This document shows, one piece after another, positions 11,764 to 24,210 of a stretch of DNA of 64,000 bases (position 1 is its first letter; each line of letters opens with the position of its first letter). The notes beneath the pieces are model-generated. The model ran no database searches. It saw nothing but the letters and a program-made list of their open reading frames with translations, and had not been told where the DNA came from. The DNA comes from Perkinsus chesapeaki ATCC PRA-425 (taxonomy: Eukaryota; Protista; Perkinsozoa). The stretch covers positions 23,492-87,491 of the forward strand of contig JAAPAO010000082.1 of the NCBI GenBank assembly GCA_013115145.1. Direction: 5' to 3'. Both the position numbers and the translations under genes were made by a program.

Positions 11764-13584
11764 TCAAAAAGTCGCTCCACTGCACCGAAGGGCTTCCTTC
11801 GTATAACGTTTACAGTTGGAGAAGCCCATGTCTTCGGAGAAATCTCCACCATAGTAGCACCGGACCCACTCCCAATCGTGAATTGCGTACAGTGACCCAT
11901 CGACATCAAAAAGAGAGTCGAACTGTTCTTGACTGAGGATCCCCTCAGCAACTGTGCGCGTTTTCAAGTCATTAAGTAAGTTCCAAGAATACTCAATACC
12001 ACCCGAAGGATCGGGATACGAAGTAGAATCGTAGGCGCACATGGAGAGCTTCCAGCAATACTGATCAAGAGTACAAGAACCTTCCAACATGATGGTGATC
12101 TTAGCCTTTAAATTCTCCCATCCAGGTTGAGTACAAACTTCACATTGTTCAGTCATCATGTAATTCATACGATATAAAAGATCATCTTTATAATCTCCAT
12201 CAATAGCATTACGATAAAGCATCATAGTAGCATGATCAGCATATTGCATTATATATTGAGTACCAAGAGGACTATGAGCATCAAGGGTAAAGTCGAACAG
12301 CAGCGAGTTGGGCGCATACCCCATTTTCGCGGTAACGTTACTTCTTATCTGCTGCGCAGTGAGTAACGTCTTTAGGATGTCATCAGGGCTCATGCGCTCT
12401 GCATCAAAGCTCAGTCCTATGGGAGCAACCTGCTGCATATCTTCTGCCATTATATGATCCTCCAAGTACTGCTCGAATGTGCTCAAGAATTGGAGCATTA
12501 GAGAGCCGTTGCGGGTCTTGGTATCACCATAAGTGAGCCATAACCTTTGGTCATTACCGGTGCGTTGGCGCCATTCTTTCATAAAAGGTAGTAGCTTCTC
12601 TGCATCATGAATTCGGTCTGGATTGGTGTTATCAGCAATGTTAACATAAACATCACCAGAGTTCCATAATTTACCAATATCAGAGGCACCAAAGTTAATC
12701 AATGATGGATCACCCTTCCTCCAATAATCTTGAGACCATGAGTATGTACCAAACCTACGCTCATTCGTTACATTTCGCGTTGGTGCAATATCGGTGGTCG
12801 TCGAAGGTGTTGTAATTTCAGGTGCAATGGTAGTATCACACGGCTGAAAAGACATATCCATGGCGATTCTCCAAAGTTCCTCTTACTGTTGTGCGGCGTA
12901 GGCGCGCATTGCCTTTCTCGTAATGAATATGCAATTCTGGTTGAGGGTTCTGCTTCAAGCCCTGCCACTGAGCGAAAGGATTCTTCTCCACCCAATCGTC
13001 GGCAACAACTTCGGGTGATACGGTGAACTGAGGGGAATAATTTCGGGGAAGTCATCAAGACAAAGCAGTCGTTTGTTCCACTAAACTTACAGTCTCGAGA
13101 TCTCCCCAAAGGACGGCGAATTGGAGTGCCTCGTACTCGTGCTCGAAATACAGGCTTGTTGGTTTCCCATCACAAGTAGTTGATACTTTATAAGCAGACT
13201 CTTCAGTATCCCTTCTTGGAGATTCAGTAACAGCCTCACATTTATGCTTGGAGAAGCTACCGCGGTTATCACCAACGAGCTGAAGGATAAAGTGAGACAA
13301 GTCGATAAGCCTCGATGGCTCACCCATATAGTTCTTGGCTCCTTCTGTGTATTGACAGCCTTCGCGATCTGTGAGGCTTCCTTAACGCTATGGATGACCA
13401 CTTTATTGCATTGATCCACGATATCATCCGCGATCTAAAGGTGAGAGGTAACAAGACCATACATCACAGTTCTCACGTGTTCTGTAATGGGTACATCTTG
13501 AGCTCCAACAAATACTCCCAACGAGATTAGAACGGCCAGAGCAGTTTGCTTCTGGCTCTTAAATGTGGAGGAGGTCAAATTCAT
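11764..13584 (-). CDS. Chimeric secreted protein: repeat-domain-gene 5' exons spliced to a GH-like TIM-barrel domain
   Basis: ATG 13584 gives MNLTSSTFKSQKQTALAVLISLGVFVGAQDVP. Exons are homologous to 4827-5519. Phase-0 intron 12844-12886 (ACA|GTAAG...TTTCAG|CCG) joins in frame to the 12843-11764 exon containing RFGTYSWSQDYW...GLSFDAE. Confidence 0.8.
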
Positions 13585-14888
13585 CCGAACGAAGCAGAAC
13601 CCACAGAGTGCGCGAAGGCAAAGCTAACGGAAGCAGCGGCTTAGCAGCGTGCCTTCCTCCTCTAGCTCTTTATACGCCTTATATGGACGTCATCATGCGC
13701 TTTTCAGTAGGTACTAGGCCCGTGACGCCGAAACCGTTACACCTGTCACAGATTCCCAGGCTGTTGAAGGAGCTTGATGAACTTACCTATAGTCCAGCAG
13801 GATTAGCATGCATCATGTATTCGCTATCTTCACTGTATATTAGTCGGGTTTATGTCATCCCAAAAACCAAGAAGGCTGCTTTGCGTAGTACTTTTCCTGT
13901 AGTTGGGTCGTTCGAATTAAACAGCTGCACGCATGCACACTGCGGTATTTCTGCGACCAGCCCTTAGCATCGCTGACCCGGCGAAAGGATAACAAAAATG
14001 GGATTCCATCGCCCATCTTCGAGGGCCGTCGTAATTTGCGCCGTTCACTTCCGACGTCTTCAACAAACAAGTTGGCTTAGCACCTCGTGGGCAATACAAA
14101 TGCTAGTCAAATTATGTGCATTTGCGTTGAAGCTGCACAAAGCTACAATACCTTTAGGGATTTGGCCCAAAACTTTACGGGCTTCCTATGGTGCTACTCT
14201 GAGCTGTTCTCTCCAGATGGCTCCAGTGACCGGAGTTCAGTCACAACGCGTCACTTTCTGCAACATAGCGCTTTGCCGTCAAATGAAGGATACATGCGAG
14301 TTTTCTTGGCCACCTTGTGCGTTGGATCTTTGGTCGACAACATCCGAGCTTTCTCGTGACATGAATACTAAAAGCTTAAAGTAGTTTCAGTATTAAGTTG
14401 GCCCGAATAGCGGCAAGTGCCACTATCATGGGCACAGATACACACCAGTCTAGAATGAAACGGAGGAATACTCATGTCAGACAAGGTTAACAAGGATCAG
14501 TGTTAGTGACATCCTTGAGCTACTGAGTAGATTGTTACTGCAGCCATGCTTTTGACAGCGTTCCGAAGGCAATATTTATGCCATGCTGATGTCCAGTGCC
14601 ATCTACTGTGTTGTCCGAGCGGAGTGGGGGATGCATCATCCATCGATGATCGATCCCCATCATCCCATGCAGTGCCACATGGGGTGGTGGGCCTCCGTGT
14701 GATATTGCAGATGCGCCACTCTAACGTTTATATGGCAAATGTTTCCTGTACTTTTCACTGGTATCCATGGCGATGATACTGACTAGGAATAACACGACAG
14801 GCAGTAACAACGAAAAGATACATTATTCATGTGAGAGCCTCATCAACACTTCAGATAATATAACGAGAAAACTAAGAGACTGTAGTTG

Positions 14889-17810
14889 TCACTTTCCCAT
14901 AGCGCGCTCGAGAATCTTCAATACTGTCATGTTGCCTCCTTCTTTTGCAACGTCCATAGGAGTCTTGCCGGCCTGAAACACGGCATACAGTCGATGCCAT
15001 CAGAGCTCTGCTACAGCATCGGCGGCGGTAGGGTCACCATTGCGGGCAAGGAGATAGGATACCTAAAAAGCGAGCTTAGCTCATGTCAACGGCGAAAGTG
15101 AACGCACAATATCATCGCGGCCTTCCTGTGCCGCCCAATGTAGCGCAGTCCAGCCATCAGCCCACCTCAGGGCTTGCCAGCCATGAGCGTCCACGGCCCG
15201 CAAGGCCTCAGCGAACCTGAACACGCACCAGTCGGCTCCGTAAATCACACGGGATTACTGTTCCGGAACATCCCGGTATACGCCTGAAGCGTCCCCTCTA
15301 TCATCATCCAAGGCATGCGCTTCTCTGTAGCGATCAAACAGTTGAACAACCTTCTTATTGCCGACGCCTCGGGCCACCTCGATTGGGGTACGCCCTCTCT
15401 GACCACAACATTTGATCAGACACATAAAGGGCCAATACACTATCAGATGCATTGGGATCAGCTCCTTTGTGGAGGAGATATTGACAGATCCTATAATGAT
15501 TCTTCTGTGCTGCCCAGTGCTGAACATGACCAACTGTGCTGCCACATTCTTCGTTACAGATAAGCTCACTAGTGCTGTCCACCCCTCGCTCCATTTTAAT
15601 GTTCGATAACCGTGTTTTTCTACAGCATGTAGGGCACGTTGATATACTTCAGGAATATCTATTCAGAAAACGAGCCTAAATTGTTCTAATCTTCTTAGTA
15701 TTCTAACTAGTCAAGTTAAGATCAGCCACAGTGGTAGGCGCCGCAGCAGGGCTTTGGGCTGACAGGCACGAGTCGTCGAGATTGCTTCCGTTATAGTATG
15801 CCCCCGAGTCCTCTGGGAACGTAGCGGTATCAAAGTCCGTGGCTCGAGCAGTGGCAAAGGCCGAGCTGGCCGGTTCGACCTTACTCAGGCGATCCGAGGC
15901 CGATGAGGCAAACGGATCAACCTGAGCAAGATGAGCTGCTCCATTATACGAAGAGAGAATGTACGGAGGTCGGAGAATCATCCCGATATACGGGGGCACG
16001 AGCTTGCTGCGGCGGCGGCGGTCTGGGATCAGAGTTGCTCCGGAAATGCATATTAGCATGTTGTGCCTCCAAATACTCCTCCTGCTGCTTTAATGCCTTC
16101 AGACTACAAACTGTCTTCAGAGAGTCTGACAAGCCATACCTTCAGCGATGGTCTCCTGCCTATACCTCTCGGCCCACTGCTGAGATTGGTCACCGTCATC
16201 GCTGTGTCCATGGTCTGCATGTTCTCGAAGTCTCGTTGTGCTCCACCGCTACGGGAATCTTACAGTGAAGCATTGGTCATAGTGCGAACAATTGTCATCG
16301 TCGACCTACCGGATTCGGGCACACCGGTGGCTGCCGATGCCGATGGTACCGAGCCCGTCGACTTTGAGATAACCCGTTCTGACTGTAGCGCTGCCGCAGT
16401 AAAGCTGTCCATCCTCTCACAGTCAGTTTCACTGGTTGTATTGTACCGCGATGGACCTTCATGCAAGAATCCAGAAACGGCGACCATTTTGGCGTACTGT
16501 CGTCTCGCTGATCACTCAACTGTTGCTTATTCTGATGATTCATCACATACTGTCTCGTCGGCATGGCAGCTGGGACCTGCTGCTGACGGAGCTCTCGAGG
16601 AGTGGGGGCCATAGCAGGATTACTGTATTGACAGAAGAGAAGGGTCCCCTCCTCGGTGATCGACGGGCTGACGATGTCGGTCGTTCCGGTGACGCTTCCC
16701 ACTGAGTGACAGAAGGCGCAGGTAAGCCAGAGATTGCAGGCGGCATGTCTTACCCTAGCCTGTTTCCCCTCCGCGGTCTTCCCAGAGCTAGTCGGGGTGA
16801 GCCTTGTGTCACTACGAGGCCGTTCAGCATGGACCGTAGCAGTTGCAGACGACATTGACACCGGTAATGAGGAGGAAGTCCCTGTGAGGTTCATGGGGGA
16901 AGGCAATGACCGTTGGCTTCCTTGCAGGCTCCCAGGGGTACGAGGCCTGTATAAAATGGTCGAGGCGAGCTGGAGAGCTGGTGAGTGACCTACTTATTAG
17001 TTGTTGCAGTTGGTGATGTATCCTCATGAGGCCTGCGCTGATTCGATAGATGACCGGACGCCACCGACACCGCAGCAGCGCCACTGCGAGCGGATGTGGA
17101 CGCCGCTGAGAAAGGATGGTAAAGGCTGACGAGAGGACGGATGATACCTCGAGGAGAGCCAAGACCAAGAAGATGAACTAGTTGCATCCGGAGACCTTCG
17201 GCTTCGGCTATGGTTGCCTCAACTTCAGCGTAATGTGCCATGACCTGATTTCCAACGATAATGAGCACACCAATGAGGAGATAAGACACCTTGGAGTGGA
17301 CATCTCCAACAGCCCCGGGAGGGATTCCCGATGACCCGAAATTGCCAGAGTGTGGCTGAGCCATCCCCACTGGCAAGCTCATCATGTTACTACTCTGCCT
17401 CCCGACAAGGGGGGCGCTGCCCATCTGACATAGTGTAAAATCTAGATCATGCTCTAATCGTACGAGGAGCTGTCGACTCGGGGAGCCCGGCTGTCTAGCT
17501 GGTGACTGGGGAGGAGGCAGGCCAAGATGGTTCTGGTAGGCCCCACTAGGTGGCGGCATGAGGTGTGCAGAGGACGACAGAAGGGGCGGTGGCAAGTACG
17601 AGCCGGATGTTATCTAACACACACGCTGCCGATGACGACGGACAGCCCTACTGTGGGGGATGTCGTAAAATAGGAGGGGTATGCATGGTGAGGTGGTGGC
17701 CCATAGGGCTGCTGCTGGTGCTGCTGCTGCATAGGGTCGAATGCAGAATGGGCAAAAGGAGATGACGGTGGATGGCCGTATTGATGGGGAAGAGGACCGC
17801 TGCTCATCAT
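14889..17810 (-). CDS. Multi-exon Pro/Gln/Ser-rich protein with C-terminal ankyrin repeats
   Basis: Ankyrin motifs HWAAQKNHYRICQYLLHKGADPN, GRTPIEVA, GWTALHWAAQEGRDDIV, YLLARNGDP and GKTPMDVAKEGG. Upstream low-complexity ORF fragments lie on the same strand; linkage is inferred. Confidence 0.65.
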
Positions 17811-18318
17811 ACTCTAAAGGATAACTGTAAGGCAGTACTAATAGCACCACTCAGACTGTAAGTAGTGCAGCAGGGTTCTATATCTCAACAAGGGTTTTCG
17901 ACTAGTTCGGTATATTATATCATCATCGAACTAGTGCGCAGCGAGCAGGCACGAGGGACTGATGCCCTTGCATTTCTAACGCGTAGCCCCGTACTGCAGA
18001 TGATCCTAAAGTGGCAGTAATGATTCACACTATACTATATGCCCCTATGCTAGACATCAGCCTCACCAAACTGGCTTCCTAGTGGGGCTCACAAGCCTGG
18101 ATTCAACGCCCAAGTCGAGGTCGACTGATTGACAATAAATAACAACACGACAAGTTCAGCGGTCTGATACAAAAACTCTTCTAGCAGACACGGAGGCTTG
18201 GGATATGCCTCCCAGAGGTGATACCATCAGGCTTCTACAGCCACCATAAAAGATATCATCACTGATAGTAAGCAAGTGTAGCAAGAGGAACTGTTACGAG
18301 CATGGTAGATATTGTCAG

Positions 18319-19077
18319 TCAAATGGGAGTATCTCGAAGACGCTCATTTATCCGAACCAAGAACTTCATTCTGTTAACTTCCTTCTTCACAGCGTTCCAA
18401 TCATGAGCCTCATCACACAAAGTCACCAGACGCGCCTCACAAGCCTTCAGTCTCTCATCGTTCTCCTGGGTGATCCGGGCCAGCTCCTCCTCGTCGCCAT
18501 CAGCATCATCTATTTCCTCATTATATTGAAACATCTCCACTAACACGCTCGGCTCTGGCTTCTCCTCATCAGCATCAACCTTAATACCAGCATGAAGCTC
18601 AAGCAAATGAACAGCTCTCTTCAATGGCGACCTAAGCACGTTGATGGCGTCGTTCACCAAGGCTGAGTGAGCTGCCGCAGTTGTCGTGTCGGCTCCTTCG
18701 ACACTGGCCAACTTGTCCGGATGCAGTCTCGTCTGCCACTTTCGATAACTCTGCTCCGCCACCGTGGTATCGAGGTTGAACTTGTGCGGCTGGTTCAAAA
18801 GGCTGAAGTAGTCGACCGGGCACGCACTAGGCTTTGGTGGCTGCAGTGAGTCACATGATGGGCAGAAGGGGGAGAACGTGGTGTTAACGAAGTGGCATTT
18901 TGGACAGTCCAAGCACGGTGTGTAATCCTTCACTTTAGACGGGGAGCATGCCGGACAGTTCTCCGGTATTGTTTGACTTTTGCTTGCCCCCGAGGGAGCC
19001 GCGAATGCTCGATATCGGAGGCGTGCAAAGGGAGGTATCGCTCGGGTAACACAGCGATAGTGGTGATGGCAGAGCAT
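18319..19077 (-). CDS. HSC20: Fe-S cluster co-chaperone HscB/Hsc20/Jac1
   Basis: DYFSLL..., J-domain LHPDKL, SALVNDAINVLRSPLKRAVHLL, HscB-type C-terminal helices, N-terminal CxxC motifs and a basic targeting-like N-terminus. Confidence 0.9.
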   Translation of the reverse strand: MLCHHHYRCVTRAIPPFARLRYRAFAAPSGASKSQTIPENCPACSPSKVKDYTPCLDCPKCHFVNTTFSPFCPSCDSLQPPKPSACPVDYFSLLNQPHKFNLDTTVAEQSYRKWQTRLHPDKLASVEGADTTTAAAHSALVNDAINVLRSPLKRAVHLLELHAGIKVDADEEKPEPSVLVEMFQYNEEIDDADGDEEELARITQENDERLKACEARLVTLCDEAHDWNAVKKEVNRMKFLVRINERLRDTPI

Positions 19078-19829
19078 AGACGGGAAAAACGGTAGACTAA
19101 CCGAAATGCAGCATTAGCGTGTTGGTAAGGATTTGCATCCAGTCTCAGCAACGCAATAACCTTTGAAAAGAGACACTACTCAATGAGCTCATGGGCCAAC
19201 AGTTTATGTTATCTCAATTCCTACATGCTTATTAATAGGAAAATACATTGGAACTAACAGCAGCAGCAGCAGCAGCCACGACGACGACGACGTAATGGAA
19301 AAACGCGCTCCTACGCGACTCAGGCGCAGAAGCGAAGGAGACACAATACTCATGGCACTCTTTTGAAAATGAGCGATGAGTAAAGCGGTAAATAATAGTA
19401 ATGAACCCCGTAGTCAGCAGCACCAACAGCAGAGATGAGTCTAGACAAGTAGCGGCGGAGTATAATTACGAGTGTAAACGGTGTGGCATACTAGGTGAGA
19501 AGACTAAATGGAAAAATGCACTCTAGGTGGTCGGCGGCCGTGCCGAATAGGGATCTGAGGCAAGAGTCATGGAGAAAGCGACGAGGAAGTAGGAGCCCGC
19601 CTACAGCGTGAGCTGCTGCCCTAGGCATCGGAGAATGATTAGTCGTCTTCAAGGCAGTGATTAGCCATCTCAGTAGCTGTAGATAGACACTGTTCCTCGT
19701 GGTCACCTTTTCGACGGGGGCTTAGTCTATCACCACATTCCCCAACAAGCAGCTGTTGTGAACGACTTCCACAGTTGGCTGCGTTCATCCTGAGCAATGG
19801 TCAATAGCCACTGTTAAAGCGTGACGATA

Positions 19830-22250
19830 CTACTCCTCAGGACTCCAGTTGCGTACGGGCGGCGGCGGTTGCTCTGTCACGGTATTGTCGCTGTCCGAGA
19901 TCGACGATGCCCCTGCCCACATCGTTGCGCCCGCCCATGGACAGCTGTAAACCCTACCGCTCCTCGGATCTCCCAGCGACTGCACCAACTGCGGCGGATG
20001 GCGAGCGCCCTGCCCCTCCCTCAGAACAAATGGTCTGACACAGCACTTTGACGGTTTGTAGTCATCAGAGCTCACGTTGGCAAGAGAGCCTGCTTCGTGG
20101 ACGAACTGCGTAGCATCTTTCTACAAGTCTGCTTGTGCATTAATCCTATGGGTCAGGTTTGCTGATGACCGGTGCGAGCGCCAGGGTGTACCGTCATGGC
20201 TCGTCTGGTGGTGTGCCACAGATAAGCCGTCGGGGGTTGCAAGAAGCCAGCCATCTTGGGCCGGATCATCCCATACCGAACCCGATCCTGCCTCTGGGTT
20301 CTCCAAGATCGGATGCCCTATCGCCACCAGAGGTCTGTAACTAAGCGATCGAATCCCTCTCAACGCAGATCTACCCGTTGTACCAAGCTGGAAGCTGCTG
20401 CGCCGCACCTCGGGAAAGACTGTTGAGTATAGCTTGTATTCCATGACATTTGGCGTATCTTAACACCCCATACAGCGACAAAGGTAACAAGGTGACTAGT
20501 ACGAGATCCTGGCGGGTCGCTGGTCCTTGACCGATCTCTGAGACCACCACCGACCTAACTACCAACATCCTACCAAGGCTAGCTCCTCCAGATAGGACCT
20601 TCAAAAACCCCATAGAGGGTTTCGATCATCTCCGCATCTTTGACATTAATAAATACATAGGTACTTGACTCTTTCTGGCGCATATCGTAAGGCATGTAGA
20701 TGTAGTCCATCATGCTCAGGTTGTAACCCGCGTTCCCTACCGCCTACCCCCAACTACTTGCAGGATGCCCGCTGCCGGCACCTACTCTACCTCAAGCAGC
20801 TCGGTAAATAGCATCGGCTGGGTGTAGTTTCGTGGTACATTACGTACCATAACAGATGTCCTATTATCTATGCCCAGCTTGACCTGCCCCAGGAGGCTGT
20901 CAAGGTATACAGTGCAAGGTGGTTATACCTTCTGAAGATCTATTTCCAAGGATTGTCGACCTTCATCACAGGAGGGACTGCGACGTCTAAAGTCGGACTC
21001 TAGCGAAAGTGACTAATTTTAAAAATTTACCGATAGCCGAAATTGCCGACGGCTTCAAGGTCTCTAGGTTCGACTACGCGGAACCCATGCTGAGAGTATC
21101 TAACAAAGCTTGTTGATATCTCAAGCACCTCAAGATACTCCCTACAGTTGCATTGCCCAACTGAAGCTATATGGCTGTTGTTGGTTCGGTAGTACAGCAG
21201 TTGCTGATGGTACCGCATCTAACTGGTTCAATGCTTGTCGCATTCGTATGGCCGAGCGTATATCGTAGAACTCAATGACATATCTACTCAGTGACGGCGG
21301 AGATTGACCATCGTCAATCCCTGCACACCCCACCTGTCTAGGTGAGAGAAGGTCCGCAGACTTGACGTGAGCGAGCCTTCGGATCTATGTCTGACTAGTG
21401 CAGACAATGGTGAGCCAATGCCCTTGGGGTCATCGGTCTCGAAGTCTCCCGGCCATACCATCCTGGAGATGCTACGGACATCTCCGTACTGAACCAACGA
21501 CTCAGGAAGCGTACGGCGTTGGTGGGCAAGCTACATGTTCCGAGAAAGCTCGTAACAGAGCTCTTGTGTCACTGTCTGTCTCCCCCGCATACTCTTTCAG
21601 TACCCACTCTGGTGGCACTACCGCTCGGAGGTGAGCTGAAGAATAGGGCACTCACCGAGCATGTCAGCTGGGGTGACAGACTTCATGGCAAGTTAACGCG
21701 CCCAACTCCTCTGGAAAGCCCCATCCCCTCACATGATGAATCCTGAGCCATCCTAACAGCCTTAACCTGCAGTCCAGTATCGGTGCATCTTTTAAAGATG
21801 TGATCCTGGAGATCATAGATAAGCCGAAGGTCGTACATCCCAATCCTGAGGAAACAAGAAACGCTCAGTCCACTGTGGGCTCTACGATCCGTCGAAGTCT
21901 CTCAGTGGAGTACTCATAAATGTCTTATACGATTCCTGTACCGAAGAGCTGTTGAGCTCGAGGATCGAAGTTAACGAATGGAGCCCGAGGCAGCAGCAGC
22001 TTACTTGACAGTCCCACCAGTCGATGACACACCAGCATCAATACAATATATTTCACCGAGAAGGGGCTGTAATAAAGCTGCAATATGAGCCAGGCAGACT
22101 TCGGTCTCGTAGAACAATATACACAACTGACCTGATGGAGCATACGCCAAGTGGTTGCTAATAACATACTTGAAGTGTGAGCCTCGGTAGGGTTGGACGG
22201 AATGGTTTGCAGTGTGACCTCACATGCCTCATAGCTGTGAGACATTATAG
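19830..22250 (-). CDS. Mei2-like RRM protein (multi-exon)
   Basis: QYGDVRSI and YVIEFYDIRSA (RRM1/2-like); TSVMVRNVPRNYTQPML and MDYIYMPYDMRQK (Mei2 C-terminal RRM3-like); YRPLV. Ends are approximate. Confidence 0.7.
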
Positions 22251-22452
22251 AGAACAGATGGCCTGTAAAAAGTGGGCAAGGAGAAATGTGGGAATGCAAG
22301 GTAAAAGTTAAAGATCATATGTTCATCAACCGCTGGAGAAACAGGCGGTGGAATTTTTCGTCTTCGATCCCCGGCGAAGTCATTTTTCCGTCAAATAAAT
22401 ATTTTTCAGGGAGACAGCAGTCTTGTTATAATTCGCAGTTGAATTGAGTGTT

Positions 22453-23897
22453 ATGGCCTTCGAAGCAGAAGTGAGCCCCATCGAGCGTAAGCTTGCCTTG
22501 ATGACTCTACAGAAGAGGGACAGCAGTGTTAAGAAGATCCTCACACACGCACCGTAACAAGATCATCTTAAAAGCACCTTCGTACTGTTGATTCAGGCAC
22601 GCAGCCCTGTTCCATATGAACCATTTACCATCTACTGTTGGAGGGGATCCTACTCCAACATGGGAGAAGTTAGATATAGAAGGATCACTTTATCTAGTTA
22701 CCACCGTTAGTGGTCAATTTCGTCTAGTACTTATTGATAACGATCCTCAACCGTCAACATTGGCTGGTGATGCATGGAGTGTTGTCCTTAATAATGACGT
22801 AGTGGCTGAACAACATGGCCATACGCTACATCTTAGGTCAGTATCTCTCCAATCTCCTTAACCTTGGGAGTATCTTTCTCGGCTTTTAACCTCTGGATTA
22901 TCTTTCTCAGCTTTTAACCTCTGGAGTATCTTTCTCGACTTTTGACCTCGGGATTATCCTTCTGATCGTGATGCTCACTTTTCAACCTCCGGAGTATCTT
23001 TCTAACCTAACTCTGCGGATATATCTTTCTCATTCTAATTTGTATGCTTCTCAGGACCGCCGAGGGTGAAGTCTTTGCTTTATGGTTCGGTCGTCCCGAG
23101 ATTGCGGACAGGGTAAGCAGCTATCAAACGTCTTGCGCCGCCGCACGCCGCAGCTGTCTGTCAGATTTGTTCTTACGTCGGATCTATTTTATCCGCCAGG
23201 CCATTGCCTAGCCCCCCTTCACCATCTGATCTTCTTAAGATGATCCTAGCTCGTAGTCCTAACAAGGATGCAACATCCACAGCGACACCAACTGCCAGTG
23301 TAGATGTTAATAGCAGTACCAGTAGTGACGTGAACGCTTCAACAACACCTCTATCACAAGGGAACCAGGTGGGGCGGCTTCATTGAGATAACGTGCGTTA
23401 CGTTGTTTTGGCAGGGTAAAGCCTACACGCAGACGTCCACTGGCAACAGTGAGGAGACTAACTCAGTTGATGGGTCACCAATCGGCCATACCACCAACTT
23501 GGCTGGACAACACATTCTGCATTTACTGAGGGCTGGAGGGAACGGTGGCAGCAGAAAGGAACCAACGGAAACGTCTGGGGACGCTGGAGCGCAGGTTATG
23601 GCTGATTACAGTGGAGAGCGCGCACCGATGGACGGGTCATCAAGCTCATCGTCATCAGAGGAGGAGACACCGACGCAGCAGCAGGGAGGTGTTCGTGTGG
23701 ATACGTTCCAAATGCTGGAGGCAGAGTTATCGAAGCCTAATGATGATCATGAGGAGAAGGATAGTGAAGAAGCAATTAAGGAGGAGTCTGAGGATGGACT
23801 ATATGTTACTAAGGATATGTTGCGAGAGGCAATAATAGACGTGGTTAAATCTGACGAGTTCATCAATTTGGTTATTGAACGACTGAGTCGTATATGA
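22453..23897 (+). CDS. DCP1: mRNA decapping activator Dcp1 (EVH1 domain plus low-complexity tail)
   Basis: Spliced LALMTLQKRDSSVKKILTHAPHAALFHM, WEKLDIEGSLYLV, LHLR|TAEGEVFALWF matches the Dcp1 EVH1 pattern. Confidence 0.8.
22860..23030. repeat. ~28-bp intronic minisatellite (about 5-6 degenerate copies)
   Basis: Unit aacctctggagtatctttctcggctttt repeated inside a DCP1 intron. Confidence 0.8.
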
Positions 23898-24210
23898 GCT
23901 GCCGATCCAGTTTACGATGTTATTGGCTTATGCCTTTCAATAGCCACAATGTATATCAAATAATCGTGAATAAAGCTTATGTTACTGGGAATCATCACCC
24001 GTCATCATCATCATTGACTGTAATCCTTGCGTTCTCGCTGGGCATGCCCCCCCTTTCTCCTCCTTTAAACATTGTTGCCGCCCTATCTGCCGCCGTTCAT
24101 TTACCTGTTTCTTGCTCTTCTTCTACTTCCACGACCATCACTAAACTATTGTACATTGACATCGCCCTCCTGTTGTGTTACTTCATCGGTGGACCACCTC
24201 ACCAGTTGCA

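Noticed and set aside
13563-14400. Several overlapping ORFs between the chimera and the ankyrin gene
   Set aside because: No motifs, consistent splice pattern or homology within the window.
20245-20260. Partial match (agccatcttgg) to the perkinsid/dinoflagellate spliced leader; similar short matches near 17522 and 36392
   Set aside because: Only 9-11 nt, located within coding regions and not upstream of ATGs; expected by chance.
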